Under the pieces are notes generated by a model. It ran no database searches. It was not told where the DNA came from and was given only the letters and a program-made list of their open reading frames with translations. The translations under genes and the position numbers were made by a program. From the IMG/VR virus record IMGVR_UViG_3300032216_000338, positions 1 to 46,956 of that record: a stretch of 46,956 bases of DNA; one strand, 5' to 3'. Source of the stretch: a virus (taxonomy: Duplodnaviria > Caudoviricetes). Numbering within the stretch: the stretch's first letter is position 1; every line of letters starts with the position of its first letter. Below, in pieces: positions 44,567 through 46,956 of the stretch.

Positions 44567-45529
44567 ATGTCTACATTTGAGAAGAATGAATTTAAGTTCC
44601 CCGATGAAATAGAGACGACTATGTCCCGCCCAGAAGATGAGGAAGAGGAGTTTAGCGTTGAAATCGAGGATGATACCCCGCCAGAAGACCGAGGCAAAAA
44701 GCCCCTTCCGGTAGATATTGTTAACTCTTTGGAAACACCAGACGAAGGGGGCGAGTACCCCGATGAGGTAGTGACCAAGTTTAAACAGTATAAGAAAGCA
44801 TGGCACGATGAGCGTCGTGAGAAGGAAGCGGCGCGGCGTGAGCAAGAAGAAGCTTTACGGATAGCTCAGTCTATTCTTGAAGAGAATCAACGCCTTAAGT
44901 CTACTTTGATGACGGGCGAGCAGGCGTATATATCAACTGTACAAGAAGCAGCCGAGACCGAAGTTACTATGGCTGAACGGGAGTACCGTGAGGCGTACGA
45001 TACTGGAGACTCTGAGAAACTAGTCGAAGCTCAGAAGAAGCTGACAAATGCCACTTTAAAGTTGGATCGTGCAAATAACTTCCGACCCACTTTACAAAAC
45101 CAAGAAAATGATGTAAAACTGCCGCAAAGATCACAACCTGATAACACAACTCAGGAACCTGATCCAAAGTTTACAGATTGGCAGCGTCGAAACTCGAATT
45201 GGTTCAACAAAGACGAGGAGATGACCGAAGCTGCAAAAGGTTTACACCAGAAACTATTTCGACAGTACGGCCCTGAATATATTGGTACTGATGAATATTA
45301 TGCGACGATTGACAAAACAATCCGCAAACGGTTTCCGGAAGTATTTTCCTCAGATGAGGAACCTGAGACAAAACCTCAGAAAAAGCCGAGTACAGTTGTA
45401 GCAGCCGCTAAACGAAGCACGGCTCCGAAGAGCGTTAAATTGACCGCGACACAAGCAGCGCTGGCAAAAAAATTCAGACTCACACCGGAGCAGTATGCTC
45501 GTGAAGTACTCAAATTGGAGAACAGATAA
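44567..45529 (+). CDS. Capsid scaffolding protein (putative)
   Basis: Acidic coiled coil with C-terminal VKLT..Q..LAKK..LTPEQYA helix; upstream of MCP. Confidence 0.7.
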   Translation: MSTFEKNEFKFPDEIETTMSRPEDEEEEFSVEIEDDTPPEDRGKKPLPVDIVNSLETPDEGGEYPDEVVTKFKQYKKAWHDERREKEAARREQEEALRIAQSILEENQRLKSTLMTGEQAYISTVQEAAETEVTMAEREYREAYDTGDSEKLVEAQKKLTNATLKLDRANNFRPTLQNQENDVKLPQRSQPDNTTQEPDPKFTDWQRRNSNWFNKDEEMTEAAKGLHQKLFRQYGPEYIGTDEYYATIDKTIRKRFPEVFSSDEEPETKPQKKPSTVVAAAKRSTAPKSVKLTATQAALAKKFRLTPEQYAREVLKLENR

Positions 45530-45975
45530 TGGCTGACAATAGACTTACTCGTGAATTAGAAACTCGTGCGCAACAGGAACGCCCCAAGCAGTGGGCACCT
45601 GCGGAGACTCTCCCAGAGCCAGACAAACAAGCTGGTTTTGCGTATAGGTGGATTCGTGTTTCAACTTTGAACCAAGCTGACCCCCGCAACTTGTCAGGCA
45701 AGTTTCGCGAAGGGTGGGAACCAGTAAAAGTATCGGAACAACCAAAATTTCAACTGCTAATCGACCCGAATAGTCGCTTTAAGGACAATATCGAGATCGG
45801 TGGATTGTTGCTTTGTAAGACGCCTGAAGAGTTTGTGGTTCAACGTAGTGATTACTACAACAACCAAACTCAAGCTCAGACCCTTGCAATCGACAATAGT
45901 TTTATGCGAGAGAACGACCCTCGTATGCCTCTGTTCTCTGAACGGAAGTCGTCGACGTCGTTTGGTAAAGGCTAA
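45529..45975 (+). CDS. Conserved head-module protein
   Basis: YRWIR...REGWEPV...GGLLLCK motifs. Confidence 0.65.
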   Translation: MADNRLTRELETRAQQERPKQWAPAETLPEPDKQAGFAYRWIRVSTLNQADPRNLSGKFREGWEPVKVSEQPKFQLLIDPNSRFKDNIEIGGLLLCKTPEEFVVQRSDYYNNQTQAQTLAIDNSFMRENDPRMPLFSERKSSTSFGKG

Positions 45976-46001
45976 CCCTTTAATTTTTTTGGAGTTTAAT
46001 A

Positions 46002-46700
46002 ATGGCACAGACTAGTCCCTACCCATCGGTAGCGGCCCCTTACGGGCTACAGCCAATCAATTTGATTGGTGGTCAAGTGTTTGCTGGTTCGACTCGTCTT
46101 ATTAAGATTGCTAGTGCTTATGCTACTAACATCTTTTACGGCGACGTAGTTAAACTTGCGTCTACTGGTACTTTACAGAAAGACACTGGCACAACTACAG
46201 CGACCCCAGTAGGCATTTTCCTTGGTTGCGTTTACACAAACCCAACTACATCACAAAAGACTTATGCTGAATATTGGCCTGCTAGTACATCAGCGTCCGA
46301 TGCTTATGCGTACGTTGCTGATGATCCTGATGTTTTGTTTAAAGCTGTTCTAGCAGCTGGTACAACTGCTGACGACGTCACTTCTGGTTTGCTCCCTGCT
46401 TATCTGGGTCAAACTATGGTTGGCTCAAATGCTCAGTTGGTTCAGAACGCTGGCTCAACTTTAACTGGCGATTCAAAAGTTGCTATCTACAGTGCTGCTG
46501 GTGGTACTACTACTGACTCACTGCCGATCCGTGTGATTGACGTTGTTCCTGATACTGCTAATAGCTCTGGCAATTTTGTTGAGTTTATTTGCAAATTCAA
46601 CGCCCCTTACATGGTATCTACATATAGCGCTGGCCCTCCTGTTACAGTTACGACTGTAGTTACTGGCGGACATCAGTATCTCAACCCAACCGGCGTATAA
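46002..46700 (+). CDS. Minor capsid / decoration protein (putative)
   Basis: APYGL.P, IFYGD.V, GIFLGC.Y and V.DDPD motifs; immediately before MCP. Confidence 0.6.
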   Translation: MAQTSPYPSVAAPYGLQPINLIGGQVFAGSTRLIKIASAYATNIFYGDVVKLASTGTLQKDTGTTTATPVGIFLGCVYTNPTTSQKTYAEYWPASTSASDAYAYVADDPDVLFKAVLAAGTTADDVTSGLLPAYLGQTMVGSNAQLVQNAGSTLTGDSKVAIYSAAGGTTTDSLPIRVIDVVPDTANSSGNFVEFICKFNAPYMVSTYSAGPPVTVTTVVTGGHQYLNPTGV

Positions 46701-46711
46701 GGAGCATATAA

Positions 46712-46956
46712 ATGGCTATTTCACGCGCACAACTACTGAAAGAGCTGCTCCCCGGCCTGAACGCATTGTTTGGTCTGGAGTATGCTCGCTACGGCGAAGA
46801 ACACAAAGAGATTTACGAAACTGAAACCTCTGAGCGTTCTTTTGAAGAAGAAACTAAACTTTCAGGTTTCAGCGCTGCGCCTGTTAAGAACGAAGGTAGT
46901 GCAATTCGTTACGACAACGCACAAGAAGCTTGGACAGCACGATACAACCACGAAAC
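46712..46956 (+). CDS. Major capsid protein, 3'-truncated by window edge (not in ORF track)
   Basis: AAGGAG RBS; MAISRAQLLKELLPGLNALFGLEYARYGEEHKEIYETETSERSFEEETKLSGFSAAPVKNEG... Confidence 0.9.
   Translation, partial: MAISRAQLLKELLPGLNALFGLEYARYGEEHKEIYETETSERSFEEETKLSGFSAAPVKNEGSAIRYDNAQEAWTARYNHE

Noticed and set aside
1-46956. Integrase/att site, reverse transcriptase (DGR/retron), alternative genetic code
   Set aside because: No recombinase or RT motifs. Long genes read through in the standard code, with TAA, TAG and TGA all used as stops. Part of the genome lies outside the window.

Overview
The window is most of a tailed dsDNA phage genome, cut inside the holin at the left edge and inside the major capsid gene at the right edge. 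It looks podovirus-like: nozzle plus ejection proteins, and no tape measure or tail tube in the window. The gene content resembles uncultured freshwater phages of Proteobacteria (host is inference only). Three blocks are visible. (i) + strand 1-15458: holin, lysozyme, nozzle/DNA-stabilisation protein, two GNAT-like/internal-virion-protein pairs and a 2318-aa polyvalent ejection protein. (ii) - strand 15455-37870: early cassettes with sigma70 promoters, a probable origin, a DUF3150-like/AAA+/vWA-metallopeptidase trio, many small ORFs, VRR-NUC, PolA, PD-(D/E)xK nuclease, HNH, SNF2 helicase, SSB-like protein, HTH and primase-helicase. (iii) + strand 38205-end: TerS, TerL, two inserted genes, portal, GroES, scaffold, head proteins and the MCP start. 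No integrase, tRNA or CRISPR array is seen. The most striking observation is a cluster of tiny ORFs at 22189-23024, three of them missing from the ORF track. At least three resemble separate pieces of the major capsid protein (N-terminal helix, YTKALA spine helix, C-terminal YSxGWSDPR strand), and three start with the same repeated RBS/start module. This is a candidate capsid-mimic/decoy peptide array. Also notable are a family of about nine 16-bp palindromic sites across the early region, repeat-bounded early cassettes, and a structured RNA candidate with a loop-E motif upstream of the primase.
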